64,000 nucleotides of DNA from an uncultured Rubripirellula sp. (GTDB lineage Bacteria; Planctomycetota; Planctomycetia; Pirellulales; Pirellulaceae), in assembly GCA_938085445.1 (NCBI GenBank), contig CALKGR010000001.1, positions 1 through 64,000 of the forward strand, given 5' to 3'. This document shows positions 47,327 to 57,546 of the stretch, piece by piece (the stretch's first letter is position 1; each line of letters opens with the position of its first letter). The notes beneath the pieces are model-generated. The model was not told the DNA's origin, made no database searches, and saw only the letters and a program-made list of their open reading frames with translations. The translations under genes and the position numbers were made by a program.

Positions 47327-47554
47327 CCTAGGCCCTTGTATTCCTCAGATTGCTGATTGCAGTTGATGCCACTAACTGCGGTTTGATTTGAAGCACAACG
47401 TTGGGCAAAGCCGACGCTGCAGGCTCACTGGCTGAGCCAACCCTACACTAGGCCCCAAGCATCCATCACTCAGTGCCACGATTGGCTTTCCTGATCAGGT
47501 TAGGTTGCGATGCAGTTTAGCGTGGAGGCAAACTCTTCTGAACCGGACCACTGA

Positions 47555-48535
47555 TCAAATGCTCGACGCCATTTCTGGACCGGGGTCAGGCATGAAAACA
47601 GGCTCCGTGGTTACGCTCAAATCTGGCTTAGCAACGACCACGGTTACGTTATCCTGCCCGCCTGACGAATTCGCAAAATCAACGAGAGTTCGACACGCTG
47701 CTTCAGGATGCTCCGTCACAGCCAGCACCTCTGCCAGCATATCTGGCCCAACATACCGATGAAGGCCATCGCTGCACAGAACAATCAGATCGCCTTCCTC
47801 AAGGTCCACTCTTCGAGCTTCGGCCACCACTTCATCATTCGAATTGCCACCCAGCACGTTCCACAACACATTGCCCCAACGGCTAGTCGACTCATCCTCA
47901 GGTCGCATACCGCCTTGCTCAACCATCTGTCTTGCCAATGTGTGATCGGTTGTCAACTGCTCCACACCGCCATTGCGATACAAATAGCACCTGCTGTCCC
48001 CCGCGTGCACCACAAACATTCGCCTACCAATGCGGTGGGCCATGGTCAACGTCGTTCCCATGCCTCTGACGTTCGAATTTTTGGCAGATTCACGAAGGAT
48101 TTTTGCGTTTGCATCCTGCATCAAAAGCTGCAGATTCTCGACGAAATCATCTTCGTTCCCATCATCCCCGTGAAAAAACCAATGAACACTATTAAGCAAC
48201 CTGTGTACCAAATGAGTAATCGCAAGCTGGCTAGCCTTTTCTCCAGCGGCGTGTCCCCCCATACCGTCAGCAACCAGCAGGATTTCACCTTGGACACGCC
48301 CGAAAACTCGTTCACCCAAATCAAGTGTTGTCGCAGATACAAGCATGGACTTGATCAGCTCTGCGATCAGAAATTGATCCTGATTCACTTTTCGAACACG
48401 GCCACAATCACTAAGCCCAAAAGTTAAAGAGGGTGCGTGCTTGCTGTTCCCCATTTCGCCATCCGTAAGATATTCCGACTGTTGCCACGCGTCATTGCTG
48501 ACGCTACTTAATGTTCCCAAACGATTTTCAATCAT
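47555..48535 (-). CDS. PP2C (PPM) family Ser/Thr protein phosphatase
   Basis: SDCGRVRKVNQD, VADGMGGH, MGTT, HAGDSR, LCSDGL, GGQDNVT. Confidence 0.93.
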   Translation of the reverse strand: MIENRLGTLSSVSNDAWQQSEYLTDGEMGNSKHAPSLTFGLSDCGRVRKVNQDQFLIAELIKSMLVSATTLDLGERVFGRVQGEILLVADGMGGHAAGEKASQLAITHLVHRLLNSVHWFFHGDDGNEDDFVENLQLLMQDANAKILRESAKNSNVRGMGTTLTMAHRIGRRMFVVHAGDSRCYLYRNGGVEQLTTDHTLARQMVEQGGMRPEDESTSRWGNVLWNVLGGNSNDEVVAEARRVDLEEGDLIVLCSDGLHRYVGPDMLAEVLAVTEHPEAACRTLVDFANSSGGQDNVTVVVAKPDLSVTTEPVFMPDPGPEMASSI

Positions 48536-49466
48536 ATCAAGTTAGGGTCAGTTTGGATGGATGTGTCAATCTGGCACTCTTTTGCATGCTGCCGCCCCCA
48601 CAATTTGCTCGAAGACGCCCTCGTCTTTCTTGCATTCAACTGCCTGCCTCTAACACCTCCAGTTCCCCTGACGAGGATCATTGATTCTTACAAACAAATG
48701 CACATTATGATTGCTCGCTTCCGAACGAATGACTGGGCACGGTTACTGCAATCCCACCGGAGTCCAATGTCAGCAAACGGATTCGCAAAACAAATGACCT
48801 GACTAATCAAATCATTCCTGACAATGTCATCGGCCTCATCGAACAAATCCGAACCAACGCATGTCCAATCAGCAGCAACCAATTGACTGCTGCAGGTTCA
48901 ATCCGGCAACCACGACTGAGCGGTGTGATGTTCTACCGCGAAGCATCACGCCTAGCCCGTGCTGCAAACCTCGATAGCAAAACCACGGCATTGCCTTATC
49001 TTCGTGTTTGTCATCATGAACCTGCCACTCGTGCTTTCAAATTAATTTAGGCGGCAACCGATGCCAGCATGCCTTTGGTCACTTGCAGCACACCCCATGA
49101 ATTACTAAACGTCGTCCGCTGCATTGATGTCATGTACGTTATCATCGCCCAAAGAAGCAAACAGAAACCATCCTGAATCAGCTTCGATTCTATCTCTGCA
49201 CAAGAGCCTGACTCCGAGCCACTTACACATGACTTGTGACAGCAGGCCCCATCACTTCGACCGCAGACCGAACCTCATATTGCGAGCATTACAACACACT
49301 GTATCTGAGCAATTTGCATTTGCCATCAAGTGGATATTGCCTTCATTATATCTCTCCACTTCTTCTTCTCATTTTCGTAGATTGAGAATTCAGTCCTTGC
49401 GGAGTCGCCCCAACGATGCGACCCTCTGAGCAGTAACCACTTCTACGCTTACATGATTGGGGCATC

Positions 49467-51008
49467 ATGCTGGCACGTTTGAAGACGTTCACGCTTTCCG
49501 GGATTGAAGCGTTACCGGTTGATGTCGAGGTCGATATTTCACCGGCCGCAATGCCAAAAACCATTCTGGTTGGGCTGCCCGATACTGCCGTCAAAGAAAG
49601 TACACACCGAGTCGAACGAGCAATTGTAAATAGTGGATTTGCAAGGCCACAGGACCGGGTGGTGATCAACTTAGCCCCCGGCGATCTCCCCAAACAAGCG
49701 TCGTCTTTTGATTTACCCGTTGCCCTGGGTGTGCTAGCTGGTAGTGGCCAACTATCTGCGGAACGGCTTGATGAGTACGCCGTTGTAGGCGAACTTGCTT
49801 TGGAGGGAACAGCACGGCCCATAAAGGGAGCACTATCAATCGCAATCGAGGCGGCAAAGAACAAAGCAATTCGAGGTTTGGTTGTACCCGTTGCCAATGC
49901 AAGTGAAGCTGCGGTCGTGGAAAGTTTGCAAGTCATACCAGTACACAGTCTGGCTCAGGCGATTGCTTTCTTTGCTGGCGAATTAGAAGTCACTGCTGTA
50001 CCCTGCGAGCTCGAAAAACTTTTTGCCAAGTTCAGTATTTATGATTTGGACTTTGTAGACGTCCGAGGACAGGAATCAGCGAAAAGAGCTTTAACAATCG
50101 CTGCTGCTGGCCGTCACAACCTGGCAATGATTGGGCCGCCCGGAAGTGGCAAAACTATGCTTTCCAAACGGATGCCAACTATATTGCCACAATTGGCTGC
50201 TCCTGAATCGATCGCGACAACTCGCATCTACAGTGCGCTTGGTCAGCTACCTGCTGGCCAACCGTTGCTTGCACGCAGGCCCTTCCGCAGCCCACATCAT
50301 ACAATCAGCAATGCTGGTCTGGTTGGTGGCGGCAGCCCACCTTCACCCGGTGAAATCAGCAAAGCACACAACGGCATTCTATTCCTGGATGAACTGCCCG
50401 AATTCAATCGCAAGACACTGGAAGTCATGCGTCAACCATTAGAAGACGGCGTTGTCACAATCTCACGCGCACTCAGGTCAACAACCTTCCCTGCAGATTT
50501 CATGTTAGTCGCAGCGGCCAACCCTTGTCCGTGCGGTTACCGCAGTGATCCACGCCGAAGCTGCAATTGTACACCTCCACAAATCGAGAAGTACATGGGA
50601 AAAATTTCTGGTCCACTCATGGACAGGATCGATATCCACATCGAGGTGCCAGCAGTTCCATTTGATGAACTATCGTCAAATTCCAAAGCCGGGATTAGCA
50701 GTGCGGACATGCGCAATGATGTCCTGCTTGCGCGCGAAGCTCAGAACGCACGGTTCAGCAATGGCTCCGTCCGATACAACGCGCAAATGAGCAGCCGTCA
50801 AGTTCGTGAGTTTTGTCTACTCAATGATAGCTGCCGACACATGCTTCGCCATAGCGTTGAAGAAATGGGTCTATCAGCGCGAGCCCACGACAAGATTCTA
50901 CGGGTTTCTCGCACCATCGCTGACGTTGCTGGTGATCAACACGTCAATGAAATGCACCTTGCTGAAGCAATTGGCTACCGAAGCTTGGATCGCGATTTAT
51001 GGACCTAA
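49467..51008 (+). CDS. comM: YifB/ComM family Mg-chelatase-like AAA+ ATPase
   Basis: INLAPGDLPK, GELALEG, GPPGSGKT, RPFRSPHH, LFLDELPEF, NPCPCG, SGPLMDRIDI, LSARA. Confidence 0.93.
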   Translation: MLARLKTFTLSGIEALPVDVEVDISPAAMPKTILVGLPDTAVKESTHRVERAIVNSGFARPQDRVVINLAPGDLPKQASSFDLPVALGVLAGSGQLSAERLDEYAVVGELALEGTARPIKGALSIAIEAAKNKAIRGLVVPVANASEAAVVESLQVIPVHSLAQAIAFFAGELEVTAVPCELEKLFAKFSIYDLDFVDVRGQESAKRALTIAAAGRHNLAMIGPPGSGKTMLSKRMPTILPQLAAPESIATTRIYSALGQLPAGQPLLARRPFRSPHHTISNAGLVGGGSPPSPGEISKAHNGILFLDELPEFNRKTLEVMRQPLEDGVVTISRALRSTTFPADFMLVAAANPCPCGYRSDPRRSCNCTPPQIEKYMGKISGPLMDRIDIHIEVPAVPFDELSSNSKAGISSADMRNDVLLAREAQNARFSNGSVRYNAQMSSRQVREFCLLNDSCRHMLRHSVEEMGLSARAHDKILRVSRTIADVAGDQHVNEMHLAEAIGYRSLDRDLWT

Positions 51009-51427
51009 GCGACAGAGCTTTATCTGTGACACACGTGTGCAGGCCATTAAAAAAGAACCCAAAGACAACTGACTTCCGTATTTCAGTGCGATTCTCGCGA
51101 CGTTCTCACTGGCTTCCCAATTGATCGCAAAAGCACACCCTTGTTAGTCACTGCGTTGCAGAACTCAAAATTTCCTTAAGGGACACGATAAAATCCTGCG
51201 AGTGGCAGGAACCATTGCTGCTGCCGAAGGAAGCAAAAAATTCGAAAACAAACGTTCAACAAAGCTTTCGACTGTCGAACATCGCTACCGCGAATGACTG
51301 ATTGAAGACGTCGATTTCACAAACTGTCTTCATTGGAAAAATGCTGTTCTCCACTTTGGCTTACGTCCACACATGACCCACGGTATTCCTTTTCACCTTT
51401 TCCCTGCGAGGAATACCAAGGTCGCTT

Positions 51428-53578
51428 TCAAAATTTCCTCGTTACAGAGATACGCCGGCGTTCTGCATCTACTTCAAGGACCTTGACCTTAACCAGATCG
51501 CCAACAGCAACAATCTCGTTCGGGTCCTTCACAAACGAATTCGAAAGCTGCGAAATATGAATGAGAGCATCCTGATGAACACCAATGTCAACAAATGCTC
51601 CGAAATGCGTAACGTTGGTAATGACGCCTTCCATAACTAATCCTGACTTCAAATCACCGATGCTATTAATTGCATCATCAAACCGCACCACTTTGAATTC
51701 GCGACGTGGGTCGCGTCCTGGTTTTTCCAACTCAGATATGATGTCCATCACTGTGGGTAGCCCAAAACGATCATCGACATAGTCAGAGGGGTTCAGCTTA
51801 TGGCTCAGTCCAGCATCACCCACCAATGTTTGTGGATCTGTCCCCAGTTGCTCTGCCATGTGGCCCACCAAGGTATAACTCTCAGGATGCACCGCAGAGT
51901 TATCGAGCGTCTCTTCCCCGCCGCGAATGCGAAGAAAACCAGCAGCCTGCTCAAACGCCTTCCTACCAAGCTTTGCAACATTCAATAGTTCATTTCGGTT
52001 TTCAAATCGACCGTTTTGATCCCTGAATGCTACTATATTTTCTGCCAACTTCGGGCCAATGCCTGCCACATGCGAAAGTAACGATACGCTTGCCATGTTC
52101 AGATCCACCCCCACAGCATTCACGCAGGACTCAACGGTACGTTCCAAACATTTACGAAGTCGTGTCTGGTTGACATCGTGTTGATACTGTCCCACACCAA
52201 TGGATTTGGGATCAGTCTTAACCAGTTCTGCCAGCGGATCCTGCAATCGGCGGGCAATGCTAATTGCACCACGAACCGTAATATCAAGATCAGGGAACTC
52301 TTTGATCGCGATTTCGCTGGCAGAATAAATCGACGCACCAGCTTCACTGACCATCACTTTGATCACCTTTAAGTCCTGTTCCTTCAACAGGGTTCCAATG
52401 AAAACATCCGTTTCTCTAGAAGCAGTACCGTTACCAATCGCAATCAATTCAACATTGTATTGATCGATGAACTCCACCACACGCTTTGCCGCTGAGTCAT
52501 AATCGTTTTGGGGCGGTGTCGGGTAGATGGTACTTGTCGCTAAAAACTTGCCGGTCTCATCGACAACGGCCAGCTTGCACCCCGTTCGGAAACCGGGATC
52601 AATGCCTAAGGTGACACGAGGCCCCGCAGGTGATGCCATCAGTAGCTCATGCAGATTTTTTCCAAACACTTCAATCGCACCTGTATCAGCTTGCTCCTTC
52701 AGATTCTGCAACACAGCGGACTGCGTGGCGGGTTGGAGCAAACGCTGATAGCAATCACCAATTGCCGCCACCAACTCACGGTGAAATTCAAACCGTCGAT
52801 CACGGAGAAACTGCGATTTCATCCGTGCCAGTGCCCTCCCAACATCCATCGCTATTCCGATACGTAGCAAACCCTCAGCTTCGCCTCTCAACATTGCCAA
52901 CAGCCGATGCGAGGGAATTTTCCCAACAGCTTCCCGATGATCAAAATAGAGTTCGAATTTCTTGGCCTCTTCTTTCTTCCCCCGTTTCACAGACGAAGTC
53001 ACTTTGCCACTCGCCACAGCATCGTCGAGCATCCAACTTCTCAACGTTGTATCCTCTGACCATTGCTCGGCCACGATCGCGAGCGCGCCTTGCAACGCTG
53101 CATCCCGGTCATTGATTTCCACTGCCGGATTCACAAACTTATCAAGTGTCGCATTTCGCGAGGTCTCAAGCGGCTCTTGAAGAATCAGTAGATCAGCGAG
53201 AGGTTGCAGGCCCCGTTCACGTGCAATCGCGGCCTTGGTGCGACGTTTGGGCTTGAAAGGCAAGTAAATCATTTCGAGCTGACGCAAGTCGCCACAAATT
53301 TCAATCGCGGTACGTACTTCATCAGACATCAAACCTTGGCTTTGAATGCTCTTGATAACGGTTACTTTACGAGCAGCCAAAGCTGTCGCTCTTTCAACTG
53401 CATCCTCGATTGCCCGTAGTGCAATCTCATCCAGTCCCTGTGTCACTTCCTTACGGTATCTGGCAATGAAGGGTATCGTGTTCCCTGCCTCGAGTAACTC
53501 AATCGCTGCTAATACTTGCCTTACCGGCAATTGCAAATCAACCGCAATAGCCCGTGCTTTTTGTTCTGTGTCCTTCAT
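51428..53578 (-). CDS. tex: Tex family RNA-binding transcription accessory protein
   Basis: GNTIPFIARYRKE, GIDPGFRTGCK, GNGTASRET, EAGASIYSAS, IGVGQYQHD, C-terminal S1 domain (FGAFVDIGVHQD). Confidence 0.95.
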   Translation of the reverse strand: MKDTEQKARAIAVDLQLPVRQVLAAIELLEAGNTIPFIARYRKEVTQGLDEIALRAIEDAVERATALAARKVTVIKSIQSQGLMSDEVRTAIEICGDLRQLEMIYLPFKPKRRTKAAIARERGLQPLADLLILQEPLETSRNATLDKFVNPAVEINDRDAALQGALAIVAEQWSEDTTLRSWMLDDAVASGKVTSSVKRGKKEEAKKFELYFDHREAVGKIPSHRLLAMLRGEAEGLLRIGIAMDVGRALARMKSQFLRDRRFEFHRELVAAIGDCYQRLLQPATQSAVLQNLKEQADTGAIEVFGKNLHELLMASPAGPRVTLGIDPGFRTGCKLAVVDETGKFLATSTIYPTPPQNDYDSAAKRVVEFIDQYNVELIAIGNGTASRETDVFIGTLLKEQDLKVIKVMVSEAGASIYSASEIAIKEFPDLDITVRGAISIARRLQDPLAELVKTDPKSIGVGQYQHDVNQTRLRKCLERTVESCVNAVGVDLNMASVSLLSHVAGIGPKLAENIVAFRDQNGRFENRNELLNVAKLGRKAFEQAAGFLRIRGGEETLDNSAVHPESYTLVGHMAEQLGTDPQTLVGDAGLSHKLNPSDYVDDRFGLPTVMDIISELEKPGRDPRREFKVVRFDDAINSIGDLKSGLVMEGVITNVTHFGAFVDIGVHQDALIHISQLSNSFVKDPNEIVAVGDLVKVKVLEVDAERRRISVTRKF

Positions 53579-53605
53579 CTTGGGCAACCTTAAAACCACT
53601 AATGT

Positions 53606-54160
53606 TCACGAGATTTTTTGCATCGCTTGCTGAAAGAAGTGCCGAACAGCCCGGCCACTAATCGTTTGCTTTTTCACCAACTCGGTCGCCACCATCTCGA
53701 CGGCCAATGCAGTTGCTTCATCATCGAGAAGGTGTTCCGTACGCGCTAACAAACGTCGCTGCAACCGTTCGTGCTGTTTGTCACTACCAACACGCCGGCA
53801 CAGCAATGTCCGAATCGAACGCAAGTCGTCTGCTGCACCAACTTCACAATAGCGACCAGTGAAATGAGCCTCCGCAACCATCCCTGCAAACAGGATCACA
53901 ATTTCGTCATCCATTAGATTCTTGGCGTTTGCAGAACGCCCCTTCTGGAGCTCACACACCCCAAGCCTGTACTGCCCCAGCCATGAGCGTCCTGGGACAA
54001 TGGTGACTTTTTTGATCAGACACCCAAACGACACAGCCGTCACCGCGTGTCCGGCTTCGTGATAAGCCGTTGCGATAACCTGCGAATCAGCGGCAGTCAC
54101 CATCTTTCCTCCATCACATCCGGCTTGATCGTTCAACTTTTTTTCAGCAGGCTTTGTCAT
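53606..54160 (-). CDS. Stand-alone FtsH-like (M41-type) zinc metallopeptidase domain
   Basis: TAYHEAGHAV, VTIVP, LFAGMVAE, GAADDL; no AAA or TM domains; start uncertain. Confidence 0.75.
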   Translation of the reverse strand: MTKPAEKKLNDQAGCDGGKMVTAADSQVIATAYHEAGHAVTAVSFGCLIKKVTIVPGRSWLGQYRLGVCELQKGRSANAKNLMDDEIVILFAGMVAEAHFTGRYCEVGAADDLRSIRTLLCRRVGSDKQHERLQRRLLARTEHLLDDEATALAVEMVATELVKKQTISGRAVRHFFQQAMQKIS

Positions 54161-54225
54161 AAGCGATTTATATAGCGATCGAGAACTGCAACTCGCCCTC
54201 TCCAGTTCAACGCAGCCAAATTTAC

Positions 54226-55398
54226 TCAATCGGCTTGAGTGAAGGGATCACTGAATTTCGGATCCGTGATAAAGGTCTGATCTGTCAGAGTTCCAAGAAA
54301 CGCCGCCAAGGCGACCTTCTCCACCTCGGGCAATGCCAAGCCATTCGCAGCAAAGTCCTCCAGACGCTGGTCCAAGTTACGATGTGGCTTGACACTCCAA
54401 TTGTAGTGTTCAATTACCTGATCCAAAGTCCGAAAACGGCCATCATGCATGTAGGGTGCAGTCAGTGCCACGTTACGCAACGACGTCGATTTGAAGCGCC
54501 CCCACTCATCCTCTTTCGAGGTATACGCCCCGACTCCCCCATCCACTTGATCAGAATCGCTGTCAATTCCATTCACCAGTGGACCTTCTAGTTGAAAGAA
54601 CGCCGACTGTCGAGCGGCAACACTCTTGCCCTCTGTCTCGGGCAGATGGCACTCCGAACATTTTGCACGCCCAAAGAACTGCTGCTTTCCATAGTTTTCC
54701 TGTTCAGAAAAATTCGGAAACGGATCCAACACCGAAGCCACCTCAATACGCCCCTGATCAAAACGTGAGTTAACCGAAATCATTGATCGGAGGAATTGCG
54801 CCAAAGCGAGTGACAACCTCTCTTTGGTCACCTCTGACGTTCCAAATGCATCGTGAAAGAGCGGAGGGTAAATCGGGTCATTTTGCAACTGTGAGACCAA
54901 AGCGGTCAGTTCATGTCCCATTTCGATTGGATTTTCGATTGGCATAAGCACCTGATCTTCGAGAGACTCTGCCCGCTCATCCCAAAAGAATTTACCGGGA
55001 CGATAGTACCGAAGGTTCACTAAACTCATTGAATTTCGATCAACAAATTTTCCCTCAAATCCTTTACTAAACCGTCGTGCGTCAGTGAACGCAGTCTTTT
55101 GACTGTGACAAGACGAACACGACGTGGATCCGTTGGCTGACAAATTTGGATCGTAAAACAGAACACGACCCAAAGTAGCCCCCTCGTCCGTGATGGGATT
55201 TGATTCTGGCGTATTATCAAAAAGTTCAGCCACCTTCTTGACATGTCTCGGAAGAAGCTGGTCCGCGTAGCGATATGGCGTGACTGGAAGAGTCAACTGA
55301 CGCTTTGAGCCACCAGCGACAGAAGGTAAATCGGAAATCTGGCCAAATGCCGAAGTAACGAACAGACAAAGAACAATCGTGGTGGCTGGAATTTGCAT
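54226..55398 (-). CDS. Di-heme cytochrome c peroxidase family (MauG/BthA-like)
   Basis: LGRVLFYDPNLS, CSSCH, FFWDERA, CSECH, LRNVALTAPYMHDG, VIEHYN. Confidence 0.9.
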   Translation of the reverse strand: MQIPATTIVLCLFVTSAFGQISDLPSVAGGSKRQLTLPVTPYRYADQLLPRHVKKVAELFDNTPESNPITDEGATLGRVLFYDPNLSANGSTSCSSCHSQKTAFTDARRFSKGFEGKFVDRNSMSLVNLRYYRPGKFFWDERAESLEDQVLMPIENPIEMGHELTALVSQLQNDPIYPPLFHDAFGTSEVTKERLSLALAQFLRSMISVNSRFDQGRIEVASVLDPFPNFSEQENYGKQQFFGRAKCSECHLPETEGKSVAARQSAFFQLEGPLVNGIDSDSDQVDGGVGAYTSKEDEWGRFKSTSLRNVALTAPYMHDGRFRTLDQVIEHYNWSVKPHRNLDQRLEDFAANGLALPEVEKVALAAFLGTLTDQTFITDPKFSDPFTQAD

Positions 55399-55507
55399 AA
55401 GGCAAAGGATAACTTGGGTTGTTGGACTTGTCGAAACCAAGGCCATGAATTCATCAAATGTGCAACACAATCACTTTGACTGCTCGCAGCGAGGACCGTT
55501 ATCACCG

Positions 55508-56320
55508 ATGCTGATTAACCGAATTTTGCTACTAGTTACTTGCTGTTTTTTCACATTTGAAACCGCCCGCGCACAATCGGTCGAAGTTCCGCAGGATCCC
55601 ACTAAGTTTCATCTTTTTCTGCTGGCTGGCCAATCAAACATGGCAGGGCGAGGAAAAGTTTCCGAAAGCGATCGAAAGGTGGATCCCCATGTGCTGACAC
55701 TCAACAAAAAGGGACAGTGGGTCGCTGCCATTGATCCAATTCATTTTGATAAACCTGGCATTGCAGGCGTCGGGCTCGGCAAAACCTTCGCCAAAACCTA
55801 TGCAGCTTCTCACCCCAGAATCACTGTAGGTCTAATTCCATGTGCAGTCGGTGGGTCTCCCATTTCGTCATGGGAACCGGGGGGTTACCACTCTTCAACC
55901 AAAACGCATCCTTACGATACCGCCATTGCGAGAACACAACTTGCTATGAAGCAAGGTACTCTTAAGGGAGTTCTATGGCATCAAGGCGAATCAGATTGCA
56001 AGGCTGAATTGTCGGTTGTGTACAAGAAGAAGCTTCATCGCCTAATCGAACGGTTCCGCACGAATTTTAACGACGAAAAACTACCATTCATTGCAGGCCA
56101 AATGGGGCAATTCGAAGAAAGGCCATGGAACACAGATAAGAAACGCGTCAACTCGATTCACCAAACACTGCCGTCGCAGGTCAGCCTTACCGGGTTCGTA
56201 AAGTCGGACGGGCTAACACACAAGGGCGATAAGATTCACTTCAACAGCGAGTCCTATCGAGAGTTGGGGCGGAGATATCACGCCACCTTTGAGGCTGTCG
56301 GTGCAACGGTCCGGAACTGA
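55508..56320 (+). CDS. Sialate O-acetylesterase / CE6-like SGNH esterase, exported
   Basis: LAGQSNMAG, CAVGG, LWHQGES, DKIHF; signal peptide. Confidence 0.9.
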   Translation: MLINRILLLVTCCFFTFETARAQSVEVPQDPTKFHLFLLAGQSNMAGRGKVSESDRKVDPHVLTLNKKGQWVAAIDPIHFDKPGIAGVGLGKTFAKTYAASHPRITVGLIPCAVGGSPISSWEPGGYHSSTKTHPYDTAIARTQLAMKQGTLKGVLWHQGESDCKAELSVVYKKKLHRLIERFRTNFNDEKLPFIAGQMGQFEERPWNTDKKRVNSIHQTLPSQVSLTGFVKSDGLTHKGDKIHFNSESYRELGRRYHATFEAVGATVRN

Positions 56321-56338
56321 ATCTTCAGCAGAAGAAAG

Positions 56339-57220
56339 CTACAGCAAAATTTCGAACAAGAACTTCAGCGTAACTGCATCATCAGTTCCGATCGTCACTG
56401 GCTGACCTACGTTCCGTTGAATCGTTGGCAGATCAGTGAAATAGGTCATGCCGATGGTTGCACCAACCTGAATTTCACGAAATTCGCGACGAGTCGTGAA
56501 GTTGGTTTCGATCGTGCTTATGTTCTTAGTCATTTCCTGATCTGCCACAGGCCCATTGAGTCCGGCCTCTGAACCATAACTGGCGTTCATATCATAGTAT
56601 CCAAAAAGTAGATCTATGTTCGTGGCATGACCGCAGAAACAGCCATCCCAGCCAACGAATCCCTTTCCGCCACGCAAGTCGGAATCGAGCTTTTCTCTCA
56701 GCAAGTCAGCGCCACCTGCCGTTGAATTGAATGTCTGATCAAATCCGATGTAACTGAAGGCACATCCTGCCGATAAGCCACCAAATCGAGTGATCCATGT
56801 ATCTCGCAGTAGCAAGTCAAAACCGTAGTTATCTACGTTGCTTCTAAGCCGGGTTGCTCCTGGCGGAATTGCAGTGAGGGAACCATCGGACGGGTTGAGG
56901 AAGCTCAGGTTGCTGTCGCCACCGTTCGCTGTCGATTCGGCGGTTGCATAGAAAGCACGGCCCTCGAAGCTTGTGCGAGTTCCGAGAAAACGTCTGACCA
57001 TCTTCAAGTCACCGTGGTAACCAAGAGCGTCCATGCTGTCGCTCAGTGCGGGAGCACCACCAGCATCTTCCCCAAGCGAATAGGCTGGCAGAAACGCACC
57101 CCACAAGCCTTGCCCAGTGGACAGTTCAAATGGGCTATTGGAAATCGTGCTCTGACCCCAAACCGTGCTGGTTCCGATCAGGCAGAAAACGAACGTAAGG
57201 CTGAAAGCTACTCGGCTCAT
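56339..57220 (-). CDS. Exported hypothetical protein, probable outer-membrane beta-barrel
   Basis: Signal peptide MSRVAFSLTFVFCLIGTSTVWG; Gly/aromatic alternating strands; terminal strand VTLKFLFEILL. Confidence 0.6.
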   Translation of the reverse strand: MSRVAFSLTFVFCLIGTSTVWGQSTISNSPFELSTGQGLWGAFLPAYSLGEDAGGAPALSDSMDALGYHGDLKMVRRFLGTRTSFEGRAFYATAESTANGGDSNLSFLNPSDGSLTAIPPGATRLRSNVDNYGFDLLLRDTWITRFGGLSAGCAFSYIGFDQTFNSTAGGADLLREKLDSDLRGGKGFVGWDGCFCGHATNIDLLFGYYDMNASYGSEAGLNGPVADQEMTKNISTIETNFTTRREFREIQVGATIGMTYFTDLPTIQRNVGQPVTIGTDDAVTLKFLFEILL

Positions 57221-57546
57221 CCCGAAACACCACTGGTCTACAGACGCGAAACACAGTTTCTTTATCGTTCTACCTATCGTAGATTTTCCTACTAAATCAG
57301 AAGTGTTGCGTAAGAAATTGGAGAATCGCGGTGATACGGCGCACAATTGATGCCGCTTACGCAACACGAGCAAACCAGGCAAGATGGAGCGAATTGTACA
57401 GTCGAGACAAATAGGTGATTTTTTGGGCCAATTGTTCGTCCAAATTTCTAACTTTAGTAGGATTTCACCTAAAGTTTCCACGTATACGCTAGCAATTATG
57501 CTGCAGCACCGATTTTGTTTCGTGCCACGATGCTGGTGGCCGCGGA

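Noticed and set aside
47708..48427. 239-aa plus-strand ORF
   Set aside because: Antisense shadow of the PP2C phosphatase gene.
48572..48587. TGGCACTCTTTTGCA as a sigma-54 promoter
   Set aside because: Spacing is GG-N9-GC instead of the obligatory N10, and no gene follows closely on that strand.
51195..51240. CCGAAGGAAGCA resembling the SRP RNA domain IV loop
   Set aside because: Lacks the preceding CAGG and the long enclosing helix.
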